Shown in pieces: positions 1 to 7,523 of a stretch of DNA of 64,000 bases; within the stretch, counting starts at the first letter, position 1, and each line of letters starts with the position of its first letter. The stretch lies in IMG/VR virus record IMGVR_UViG_3300015063_000003, positions 7,279-71,278 of that record; one strand, given 5' to 3'. The position numbers and the translations under genes are program-made. The notes under the pieces are model-generated. The model searched no databases, had not been told where the DNA came from, and worked only from the letters and a program-made list of their open reading frames with translations. Source of the DNA: a virus.

Positions 1-101
1 GCGGTCACCCAGAGCCTTCAGCCGCCACTCGCGGATATCCGAGCTGTCTCGCAACCACAGCGACCACTCGTTGCGATGCTGTTCGGGGATGACGTCGCAG
101 G

Positions 102-479
102 TCATGGCTTTTTCCTCTTGCGTCCGTTGCACCGTGCTTGCTTCTGCTTCGTCCGCCGCAAGGCCGCCCACAGCGACCCCGGCTTGACCTCCATGCTCGC
201 GGCCACGTCCTTGAGCTTCTCCCCCTTCGCCAGCTGCTTGCGAGCGACGCCGATCATGGCGTCCGTGATCGTCTGCGGCTTGCCCGCCGCTTCAGGCTCG
301 AACGCGGCCGCGTCTTCCCGCCTGACGAACTTTCTCCCCCAGCGATTGTGCGACCGCAAGCCCTTCGTCAACCAGCGGTATACCGTGGTGAGCGTCACAT
401 CGCGGATGGCGGCAACCTCCTCGACGGTGAGCAGGTTGCCGACTTCCTCTTTCGCCAGTAATCGGTTTGCAGTAGTCAT
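102..479 (-). CDS. DNA-binding protein with N-terminal excisionase/MerR-like HTH and a second C-terminal HTH
   Basis: LLTVEEVAAIRDVTLTTVYRWLTKGL (HTH_17-like); C-terminal LAKGEKLKDVAASMEVKPGSLWAAL. Confidence 0.7.
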   Translation of the reverse strand: MTTANRLLAKEEVGNLLTVEEVAAIRDVTLTTVYRWLTKGLRSHNRWGRKFVRREDAAAFEPEAAGKPQTITDAMIGVARKQLAKGEKLKDVAASMEVKPGSLWAALRRTKQKQARCNGRKRKKP

Positions 480-487
480 GGTTTAGT

Positions 488-516
488 AGTCTACCGGCGA
501 TGCCAGAAATAATCAA
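488..516 (-). promoter_or_regulatory. sigma70-like promoter, probably leaderless, for 102..479
   Basis: Minus strand TTGATT-N17-TAGACT, ATG 8 nt downstream, no RBS. Confidence 0.5.
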
Positions 517-797
517 GACTCTTCTTTCCAATAAATCACGAACATAGTGCTTTGGTCGTCACCAAGTCTGACGTAGCAGCACGTGTATTCGTTGACGGAA
601 ACCAACTGTTCTGGCCCAAGAGAGTTAGCAAATGACAATGCTTTTTGAACGACTTCAAGATAAGACAATCGTCGTTTGTCTTTAATCTTCTTCTTGATAA
701 TCTTTGGATTCCAGAACGACCCATCGTTGATTTCAATTTCTCTCTCGATGACTTCGAATTCGTAGGGATATTGAAACGTCTTCCTATTGATGTTCAT
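513..797 (-). CDS. hypothetical protein
   Basis: ATG at 797 overlaps ParB stop (ATGA), GGAG RBS; AT-rich. Confidence 0.6.
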   Translation of the reverse strand: MNINRKTFQYPYEFEVIEREIEINDGSFWNPKIIKKKIKDKRRLSYLEVVQKALSFANSLGPEQLVSVNEYTCCYVRLGDDQSTMFVIYWKEES

Positions 798-1609
798 GCG
801 ATCTTCTCCCTGAGTCCCAGCACCCACGCGAGTGCCTTGTATTCCTTCGTAGTGTCGGCGAACTCCGCCAACGCCGCCTCGATCTCTTTCCGCTTCCGCA
901 GCGGGACCGGCTTCTCCGCCGGAGACTTCGTATGCCCGTTGGTCTCGGCGTGCTGCTCCTTGGCTTCCTTGACGCTGATCTTGCCTTCCTGGATGGCCTT
1001 CAGCGTCTTCGCCGGAAGTTCGAGCAGTTTGAGCCGCTGATCGACGGTAGACCTCGACATACCGAGTTGGCGAGCGATCTCGTCCTTATCCTCTCCCATG
1101 TTCACGCTCTGCTCGATCACGCGGGCGACTTCCACGACCGATTGCGGCTTGCGAATATTCTCGACGGCCGCCCGGTGCAAGAGCTTCGTCGCGTTCCCCT
1201 TGACGAGAAACGCCTGGATAATCGGCTCCTTGGGCTTGCCCAGCAAGCACCAGTTGAACAAGACCGCAAGGCATCGCCTGGCGCCGAACACAAGCCGGAA
1301 CTTGCCCGTACCGCCCTCGCACACCTCGACAGGCTCCAGCAGTCCTTGCGAGAGGATCGTCGCCGCCAGAGATGCAATCTCCGGGTCGAAGTCCTGGATG
1401 AGCTGGACGTACTTGGCCCGCTCGTCGGCGTGATCGCTAACCGCGAGTTCCCACAGCTTCTTCTCGCCCGACATGCAGTCCCAGCCCTGATCCTGGAGCG
1501 ACGCCGACAGCGGGTTACGGGGGTTCGTGTTACCCGATATGGCCCTGACCTGAATATCGTAAGTCGGGCGAGCGGAGTTCTTCAGCTTGTTGTTTTCTTT
1601 TGCACTCAT
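794..1609 (-). CDS. parB: ParB/RepB/Spo0J family protein
   Basis: GLLEPVEV...RLVFGARRCLA, AAVENIRK, HTH EIARQLGMSRSTVDQRLKLLELP. Confidence 0.85.
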   Translation of the reverse strand: MSAKENNKLKNSARPTYDIQVRAISGNTNPRNPLSASLQDQGWDCMSGEKKLWELAVSDHADERAKYVQLIQDFDPEIASLAATILSQGLLEPVEVCEGGTGKFRLVFGARRCLAVLFNWCLLGKPKEPIIQAFLVKGNATKLLHRAAVENIRKPQSVVEVARVIEQSVNMGEDKDEIARQLGMSRSTVDQRLKLLELPAKTLKAIQEGKISVKEAKEQHAETNGHTKSPAEKPVPLRKRKEIEAALAEFADTTKEYKALAWVLGLREKIA

Positions 1610-1627
1610 CGGGTTACTCCTTGTTTG

Positions 1628-1816
1628 TTAAGTTCGCACGTTCTTGAGAAGTTCGCGGGCATCACGCAAAATGTCTTCGAGTTTGGCATCGCTGATAGCC
1701 TCGGTGTCCGTATCAACGCACCACCCGATCCCTGCCGCGTACCGCTCGGCCTCGCAGCCGCCTTCGGCGTAGCACACGATGCGGCGGTCGCATGACAACT
1801 GGATGATGACTTTCAT
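1628..1816 (-). CDS. hypothetical protein
   Basis: ATGA overlap with upstream gene. Confidence 0.5.
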   Translation of the reverse strand: MKVIIQLSCDRRIVCYAEGGCEAERYAAGIGWCVDTDTEAISDAKLEDILRDARELLKNVRT

Positions 1817-2025
1817 GCCCACCTCTTGAGCCATTTGCGAATCGCGTCTGGGTCATCCTCTTCCGTCCCATCCTGCCCTTCCTCGATCAGATCGAGTTGG
1901 ACCTTGGCAAGATGGATCATCTCTTCCGGGTCCGTGGCGTCGTCGCATCCGCCACCGATCAGGCAATCAGGCAGATCGGCGAACATCTGCTCAAATAGGC
2001 TCTTTGCTGGTTTCTTCGTCTTCAT
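1813..2025 (-). CDS. hypothetical protein
   Basis: AGGAGA RBS, coupled operon. Confidence 0.55.
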   Translation of the reverse strand: MKTKKPAKSLFEQMFADLPDCLIGGGCDDATDPEEMIHLAKVQLDLIEEGQDGTEEDDPDAIRKWLKRWA

Positions 2026-2035
2026 GATCTTCTCC

Positions 2036-2215
2036 TTAGTTCAAATCGTTCACTTCATCGCCGCAGCGATGAATATTGACAACCCAGTTGCACACGGCCT
2101 TGAACGCTCCGCGAGCGTTCGCGATGTCCTTTGCGGCCTTCTCGCGGAGTCCCGGCGTGCAGTCCGCCGGGGTTCCGCAGTTCTCGATCACGATGGTTTT
2201 CGGTTCGTCGTTCAT
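2036..2215 (-). CDS. hypothetical protein
   Basis: ATGA overlap at 2212-2215. Confidence 0.5.
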   Translation of the reverse strand: MNDEPKTIVIENCGTPADCTPGLREKAAKDIANARGAFKAVCNWVVNIHRCGDEVNDLN

Positions 2216-2475
2216 GACGATGCTCCGACGCATTCGGTTTCGGTCGCACCCGTGTCGATCTCCTCAGAAGGCATCGTGCGACCAGCCCGGCAGATCGCTT
2301 CGCCGAGAGCGATGACGGCATCGCGGTCCTTCATGTGAATCGAGATGTTTTCGCCGTGGCCGATTTGCAGCCAGAGCGTTGCTTTATCGCTCGGCTGAGG
2401 ATCGGCAGAGTCAAACACTTGTGCTTTAACGTCATTGACGTTTTCGACGAACGTCGTGTAACTGGTGTACGGCAT
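2212..2475 (-). CDS. hypothetical protein
   Basis: AGGAG RBS, 87 aa. Confidence 0.55.
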   Translation of the reverse strand: MPYTSYTTFVENVNDVKAQVFDSADPQPSDKATLWLQIGHGENISIHMKDRDAVIALGEAICRAGRTMPSEEIDTGATETECVGASS

Positions 2476-2561
2476 GATATTTCTCCTGAGAAAAAGAAGG
2501 GCGAAAAATTCCCCGTTTTCAAGCCGACTTCACAGCGGGTTAGGGATGCCCGTCGGTTGAT

Positions 2562-2750
2562 TCAGGCCGATTGCGGCCCCGGATCTACTCCGGTGATACC
2601 TTGTTTCCAATCCCTGATGGTGTAGAGGTGAGTAATGCCGCTCTTGCGGACTTCCCGTATCCGCTTGATGGTAATGCCCATGCGGGCGGCCAGTTGGCGG
2701 ATGGTGATTTTGTTGATTCGCATGAGGTTAATGATTTGCTTGCCGTTCAT
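2562..2750 (-). CDS. small HTH (Cro/XRE-like) regulator
   Basis: LMRINKITIRQLAARMGITIKRIREVRKSG; first gene after divergent promoter. Confidence 0.65.
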   Translation of the reverse strand: MNGKQIINLMRINKITIRQLAARMGITIKRIREVRKSGITHLYTIRDWKQGITGVDPGPQSA

Positions 2751-2795
2751 CGTTCATCCCTTTCAGTTAGAGGCACCATTCATCTCGACAGGGGT

Positions 2796-2824
2796 ATCTT
2801 ATACTAATCCGTGAATGCCGTCAA
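2796..2824 (-). promoter_or_regulatory. sigma70-like promoter of leftward early operon
   Basis: Minus strand TTGACG-N17-TAAGAT. Confidence 0.6.
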
Positions 2825-2869
2825 CACTAAATAGAAAATAATTCGCAGATATTTAGAAGACTTTTCCGT

Positions 2870-2899
2870 TTGCCTTCCCCCACATGGGTTTGCTACGAT
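2870..2899 (+). promoter_or_regulatory. sigma70-like promoter, probably leaderless, for 2907 gene
   Basis: TTGCCT-N18-TACGAT, ATG 7 nt downstream. Confidence 0.5.
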
Positions 2900-2906
2900 A
2901 TCCCCG

Positions 2907-4397
2907 ATGCAAAATAATCCGCCAAACATCCGCGAACCGAACTACGACCGCGGCCTGCCTGTCTATCCGCCCCTGATCCAGGTGTGCCGGGTGACGGCCG
3001 TCCTGGTCAGTCCGCCCTCGCGTGGAAGCTCGTCGTCAGGGGCACCGGGAGCCGTCATCTACGCGGCGTTCACGGAGCAGGTCGATCCGCTGACGCTGAC
3101 GGCCCGCGACCGCGAGGCGTGCCTTGTGGTCGATTTGTCGAGCGTCGGCATGCCTCCCGGCTACTATAACTGCCGGCTCGTCGGCAATTACCTCGGTTTG
3201 CCGCTGTATTCGGCGTCTTGTTGCGACAGCGTTCAGGGCGGTCCGTTCGTGTCGCAAAACACGAACAGCATCGGCGCCGGCCAGCCGACGATCACAATCT
3301 ATGGCGGCGGCTTCGATCTGACGCCTGGCAGCAACGTCGTCAAGCTCTATCAGAATGGCGTCCTCGTGGGGACGACGACGGCAACTACCGTAAACGGGAC
3401 GGGCACGCAACTGACGATCTTGAATCCAGGCGGATTGACTCCAGGCGTGCCGTTGACAGCGACGGTCATCAGCAGAGGCGTCAGCACGGGCACGCCGATT
3501 ACCATCGGTAACGTTGTCCCGCAAACGATGGTGACGCTGAATACTGGTAGTCAAGACGTTGGAACCTCGACGCTGACGATCAACGGCAGCGGCTTCGACT
3601 GGACGAATCCGGCAAACAATACGGTCACGTTCAACAACGGCGTAACGGGCACCGTGACAGGCGTCAACGCGGCCGGGACGCAACTCACGGTGTCTCTCAG
3701 CAGCAACACCATCGGCGATCTTGCCGCCGTCGTCACGTCCTATGGAAGCATCTCTGGATCGCCAGTCGAAGTTGCTCAGATTACTGGCTCCTTGCCCGCA
3801 TTCACGACGAACACGAACTGGACAGCGACGTACACGGGATTCATCCGCATCGATGCTACCGCCGGGAGCGGCAAATCAACGAAAGGTACTGGATCAGGAG
3901 GCGGCGGCGGAGCGGGTGGAGATTTCATTCGCAAAAATGCGTACCCAATAGTAGCAGGCGTAGTTTACGGAATCAAGGTCGGCAATGTCGGAGGAGAGCT
4001 AGGCAGCTATTTTCAGGACAACACGAACAACAACGCCATCAATGGTGCTGACGCCGTCGGACCTACGGGCGGCGTTGCTGGCCCCTCTGCATCGTCACTT
4101 GGCGACACGGTGAAAGGCGGTGGGAGCGGTGGCAGCGGATCAGCAGCGAGCGGCGGCGGCGGCGGCGGAGAGGCCGCGGATTTGACTTCCAATGGTGCCA
4201 ATGGAGCCAACGGGACTATTCCCAACGGCGGAGCTGGCGGAACAGGTAATCCCGGTGCGGATGGCGGAGCAGGTGGAATAGTCGGCAGTGTCGGCGTTGC
4301 AGGCACAGCCCCCGGTGGAGCCCCTGGGGGCAGCGGCACGGGGCAGGCGTCAGTAACGGCGGCGTCGATTGGCAGCGTGATAATAACCAGAGTGTGA
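2907..4397 (+). CDS. IPT/TIG (Ig-like) two-domain protein with C-terminal glycine-rich fibre-type domain
   Basis: Two repeats TITIYGGGFD...N.V / TLTINGSGFD...NTVTF; GGGGGAGG...G..Y.I.VG and GGGGGG motifs. Confidence 0.7.
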   Translation: MQNNPPNIREPNYDRGLPVYPPLIQVCRVTAVLVSPPSRGSSSSGAPGAVIYAAFTEQVDPLTLTARDREACLVVDLSSVGMPPGYYNCRLVGNYLGLPLYSASCCDSVQGGPFVSQNTNSIGAGQPTITIYGGGFDLTPGSNVVKLYQNGVLVGTTTATTVNGTGTQLTILNPGGLTPGVPLTATVISRGVSTGTPITIGNVVPQTMVTLNTGSQDVGTSTLTINGSGFDWTNPANNTVTFNNGVTGTVTGVNAAGTQLTVSLSSNTIGDLAAVVTSYGSISGSPVEVAQITGSLPAFTTNTNWTATYTGFIRIDATAGSGKSTKGTGSGGGGGAGGDFIRKNAYPIVAGVVYGIKVGNVGGELGSYFQDNTNNNAINGADAVGPTGGVAGPSASSLGDTVKGGGSGGSGSAASGGGGGGEAADLTSNGANGANGTIPNGGAGGTGNPGADGGAGGIVGSVGVAGTAPGGAPGGSGTGQASVTAASIGSVIITRV

Positions 4398-4401
4398 CGC
4401 A

Positions 4402-4632
4402 TCAGCGACGCAACCCGACCTCCCAGAGGTTGCCGCCGACGCTTCGAACGCTGGTTATGGATTGCCCCGGATTCTTCGTCTTGATGTGGTTGCGAGCGTC
4501 TTCTGCTGTGTTCGCAGTGACGACGACGTACTCCGGCTCGTCTTCGCGGATGCACGATGCGACGTGGCATACCATGAAGAAGGACAGGATAACGACGAGA
4601 AAAGCGATACCAACTTTACCGACAGAGATCAT
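4402..4632 (-). CDS. small membrane/lipoprotein-like hypothetical
   Basis: Hydrophobic N-terminus VGIAFLVVILSFFMVCHVASC followed by a soluble domain. Confidence 0.55.
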   Translation of the reverse strand: MISVGKVGIAFLVVILSFFMVCHVASCIREDEPEYVVVTANTAEDARNHIKTKNPGQSITSVRSVGGNLWEVGLRR

Positions 4633-5731
4633 GGCGACACCATTCTGCGAATGTGACAAGGACGGATTCTGCCCGAGATACCAACGTGATATGCTAGGGC
4701 GAAACCACCAGATTTGTCAGGGCGTCAACGTCGATCCCGGCACTGCGGCACAGTTCCGCTTGATCTGGAAGTCAGAGGCGGAGCTGTCCGCCGCACGAAT
4801 CGGCACCGACATGGCCGGAAAGTTATTCGATCCTCACCGCGTACTTATTTTGAAAAATCGCCAAAATCCCGGCGACGTCCTCGTCATGACCGCCGCGATC
4901 TACAGCCTGCACCGCCAGCATCCAGGCCGCTACCTGACCGCGGTGGACGCGCCATACCCGGAGATCTTCGCGAATAATCCCGACGTGATATCGCTGGAGG
5001 ACGCCGAGGCGATGAACGCCGAACCCGTCGAGATGCACTATCCCGCGATCAATCAGGCAAACGTTCGCGGCATCCACTTCATGCAGGCCTGGTGCGAATT
5101 CCTTGGGTGCGCTCTCGGCGTCGATGTTCCGCTCTTGACCAATCGCCCGCACGTCTACCTGGCCGAACACGAGCGAAAGCGGCACAAGGGCAAATACTGG
5201 TTGATCTCTTGCGGTGGCAAGAAAGACCTGACGGCGAAGTTCTGGGGCCAATCGAGATATCAAGAGGTAGTTGACTGCTTGCGTGGCAAGGTTATCTTCA
5301 TGCAGGTCGGAGCGAGTACCGACGAGCATAGCCCACTGATGGGCGTCGTGAACCTGATCGGAGCGACCTCGCTGCGAGAACTGATCGTGCTGGCGTCGCA
5401 GGCCGACGGCGTTTTGTGCGGGGTGACATTCCTGCAGCATCTCGCGGCGGCGTTACAGAAGCCGAGTATCGTCATCCTGGGCGGAAGAGAGCCGCAAACG
5501 TGGAACACTTACCCGAAGCAACACCTGATGCACGCCATCGGCATGCTGCCATGTTGCGAAGCGGGAGGTTGCTGGAAGTCTCGCGTGGTGCCGCTAGGCG
5601 ACGGCAAGCCGGAAGATTCGTCGCTGTGCGAGCGGCCGACGCGTGGCATCTGGGGAGAGGCGATGCCCGAGTGCATGACGCTGATATCGCCGGACGAGGT
5701 CGTTGCGAAAATAATTCGATATTGCTCTTGA
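4631..5731 (+). CDS. glycosyltransferase family 9 (ADP-heptose heptosyltransferase-like)
   Basis: PGDVLVMTAAIYSL, PEIFANNPDV, NLIGATSLRELIVLASQADGVL...LQHLAAALQKPSIVILGG, Cys-rich C-terminus; start re-assigned to 4631. Confidence 0.85.
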   Translation: MATPFCECDKDGFCPRYQRDMLGRNHQICQGVNVDPGTAAQFRLIWKSEAELSAARIGTDMAGKLFDPHRVLILKNRQNPGDVLVMTAAIYSLHRQHPGRYLTAVDAPYPEIFANNPDVISLEDAEAMNAEPVEMHYPAINQANVRGIHFMQAWCEFLGCALGVDVPLLTNRPHVYLAEHERKRHKGKYWLISCGGKKDLTAKFWGQSRYQEVVDCLRGKVIFMQVGASTDEHSPLMGVVNLIGATSLRELIVLASQADGVLCGVTFLQHLAAALQKPSIVILGGREPQTWNTYPKQHLMHAIGMLPCCEAGGCWKSRVVPLGDGKPEDSSLCERPTRGIWGEAMPECMTLISPDEVVAKIIRYCS

Positions 5732-5757
5732 CGGATATGTATTCACTTGCGTATTAT
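5728..5757 (+). promoter_or_regulatory. sigma70-like promoter
   Basis: TTGACG-N18-TATTAT. Confidence 0.55.
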
Positions 5758-5978
5758 CTTCTCAGAGCGAAAGTATCCGGCAACCGTGCTAACCCCGACG
5801 GTTCGGCACCTTAGGGCTGAGAGTTTATCAAGGTAGCGATTTTCAACCGCGTGTTAGCGGCAGAAATGACCGTAGTTCCTAGGACGCCTTGACGGACTAA
5901 ACTCGACTGCTCTCGACAAATATCGGGGATTGAACATTGCTGCCACGCCGGTACCTAGCTCTTTTTGGGAGCGGAGAA

Positions 5979-6116
5979 GTGAAGGTCAAGATCAACAAAC
6001 TCAAGTGCCTCAGGTGCGGACACCGCTGGACGCCTCGTACGGAAGACGTTCGGACGTGTGCCAAGTGCCGATCCGCATTGTGGGACGTTCCGAGAGTGAA
6101 GGCGGTGAAGAGATGA
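5979..6116 (+). CDS. 45-aa zinc-ribbon protein (absent from ORF track)
   Basis: GGAG RBS + GTG; MKVKINKLKCLRCGHRWTPRTEDVRTCAKCRSALWDVPR; ATGA overlap with next gene. Confidence 0.7.
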   Translation: MKVKINKLKCLRCGHRWTPRTEDVRTCAKCRSALWDVPRVKAVKR

Positions 6117-6319
6117 ATGAGGTTCCAGAGAAAAGCCTGAAAACATATAAAACAAAACTTGCTTGGTGGGATGAGATCGAGGGAATATGTAACAAGCAAG
6201 CGAAGAAAGGGTGGCAACTTGTCGGAGTTTCTGGACGTGCTCCGGTTACGCTGATATTTTGCAAAGACGTTGACAAGGATTACTATGTCAGGAAGAAAAA
6301 CAAACCATTAACCGCGTAA
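6113..6319 (+). CDS. hypothetical (DUF4177-like)
   Basis: YKT...IEGICNKQAKKGWQLVGV. Confidence 0.5.
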   Translation: MNEVPEKSLKTYKTKLAWWDEIEGICNKQAKKGWQLVGVSGRAPVTLIFCKDVDKDYYVRKKNKPLTA

Positions 6320-6328
6320 GGAGAAGTC

Positions 6329-6868
6329 ATGTTAACTATGCTGAAGCGACAAGGACGAGGATGGTGGCAAGGACAATCGGCATCAAGCAAGGAAATTGAG
6401 TTGGCAATGGAATGCAAAAAAATTCTTGGATACAGGAAGTTGTTGGACGAGTTGACGAATTATCCATACGGTGGACCGCAAGTCACTGTTGTTGAAAACA
6501 GCATAATTTCACACGTCGTGTCCTTACTTGGCGAAATTGGCATCTATCCGTTTATCGGCGAAACGGTGGAAGCGTACAAGAATGAGATGATCAACAAGAA
6601 CATGAAATGGCGTTGTTTCGATTTTGGTAGCGACACCGTTTCCAGGACCAGGATTCCTGAATTCGTGCTTCAAACGGCCGTAGACGTCACCAAGATGATG
6701 AGCAACGACGGCATCAAGTACAAACTCGAAATCGAAATGCTGATAGAAAAAGAAAAGGTGGCTCCAGACCCTTTTCTGGTTTTGGTAGTCGATGGCCCAG
6801 AAAGGTACATCCGCTTCTATCTGGAAGTATGGAACGAGCCTGGGTTCAAGCAGCGAAGAGAGGTTTAA
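6329..6868 (+). CDS. hypothetical protein
   Basis: AAGGAG RBS, 179 aa. Confidence 0.65.
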   Translation: MLTMLKRQGRGWWQGQSASSKEIELAMECKKILGYRKLLDELTNYPYGGPQVTVVENSIISHVVSLLGEIGIYPFIGETVEAYKNEMINKNMKWRCFDFGSDTVSRTRIPEFVLQTAVDVTKMMSNDGIKYKLEIEMLIEKEKVAPDPFLVLVVDGPERYIRFYLEVWNEPGFKQRREV

Positions 6869-6887
6869 CATTTAAGGGAGATGCACG

Positions 6888-7172
6888 ATGCGTTTCTTGA
6901 CATGGCTCTACGGATTGACGCAGTTCTGGCTCGATTTCGTCATCTGCGTTCTGTTTGACGCGTGGGATTGTATATGGCACGGAGACGATAACCCTAGGTA
7001 TCACCGGGGCAAGTGGACTAGACCCGTGCGGCTGGCGGCCGCTCTACGAGGAAGCGAGTTCTTCCGCGTCTCACGTTGCGACCGTCTACCCGTTGGCATC
7101 AAATACGTGTGCCGAGTCTATCTGACGCAAGGGATTACGACGGTCGCTTTTTACGGGGTAGAGCAGCGGTAG
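6888..7172 (+). CDS. hypothetical protein
   Basis: GGGAG RBS; 3' end overlaps tRNA by 21 nt. Confidence 0.45.
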   Translation: MRFLTWLYGLTQFWLDFVICVLFDAWDCIWHGDDNPRYHRGKWTRPVRLAAALRGSEFFRVSRCDRLPVGIKYVCRVYLTQGITTVAFYGVEQR

Positions 7173-7223
7173 CTAGTCAGGCTCATAACCTGAAGGTCGC
7201 AGGTCCGATCCCTGCCCCCGTGA
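7152..7223 (+). tRNA. tRNA-Met(CAT), initiator-like, CCA not encoded
   Basis: Acceptor TACGGGG/CCCCGTG, D arm GAGC-AGCGGTA-GCTA, anticodon arm TCAGG-CTCATAA-CCTGA, T arm GCAGG-TCCGATC-CCTGC. Confidence 0.85.
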
Positions 7224-7523
7224 TTCGTTCGATGTGGCGGAAAAGACGTAACCACGAAGTAAGAGACGCAGGCGACTAGTAGTAGCCTTATGCCGCATAA
7301 GGGCTGCGGCTTGGCCGGGGAAACTGATCCGAGAACGCTGCGAAAAGATATAATCACACGCCAAGCATGGGTGCTCGATATCGTAAGAATCGGGGTGTCT
7401 TTTTCTAAGCGGATAATCGTGCTGGCCGTGGCTGGTACGTCAAGAAGGACAGGACGAAACCCCATCCTGGGTGACAAACGGAACTCCCAGGCATCGAACG
7501 AAAGTTTTTCGGAGAGTAAATCA

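Noticed and set aside
932-1795. Long antisense ORFs (also 39347..40276, 45940..47103, 50962..52407, 53542..54795, 16772..17761)
   Set aside because: Shadow frames opposite genes with clear motifs, typical of high-GC DNA; Arg/Pro-rich with no motifs
4090-4350. GGC-rich repeats as a possible DGR variable region or VNTR
   Set aside because: Explained by glycine-rich coding; no template repeat or reverse transcriptase in the window
4394-4630. N-terminal extension of GT9 from GTG 4394
   Set aside because: Reads as the antisense of a plausible membrane gene; GT9-like sequence starts at 4631
5770-5900. SAM riboswitch or tmRNA
   Set aside because: Only fragments (GGCAACC, TTATCAAG) in the wrong order; no tmRNA acceptor or T arm
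7260-7360. Group I intron or hammerhead ribozyme
   Set aside because: P7 would be mismatched, no P/Q elements or interrupted exon, and no CUGANGA core
7290-7523. ORF-track start for the triple fusion
   Set aside because: Region is hairpin-rich and not protein-like; RBS plus GTG at 7524 fits better
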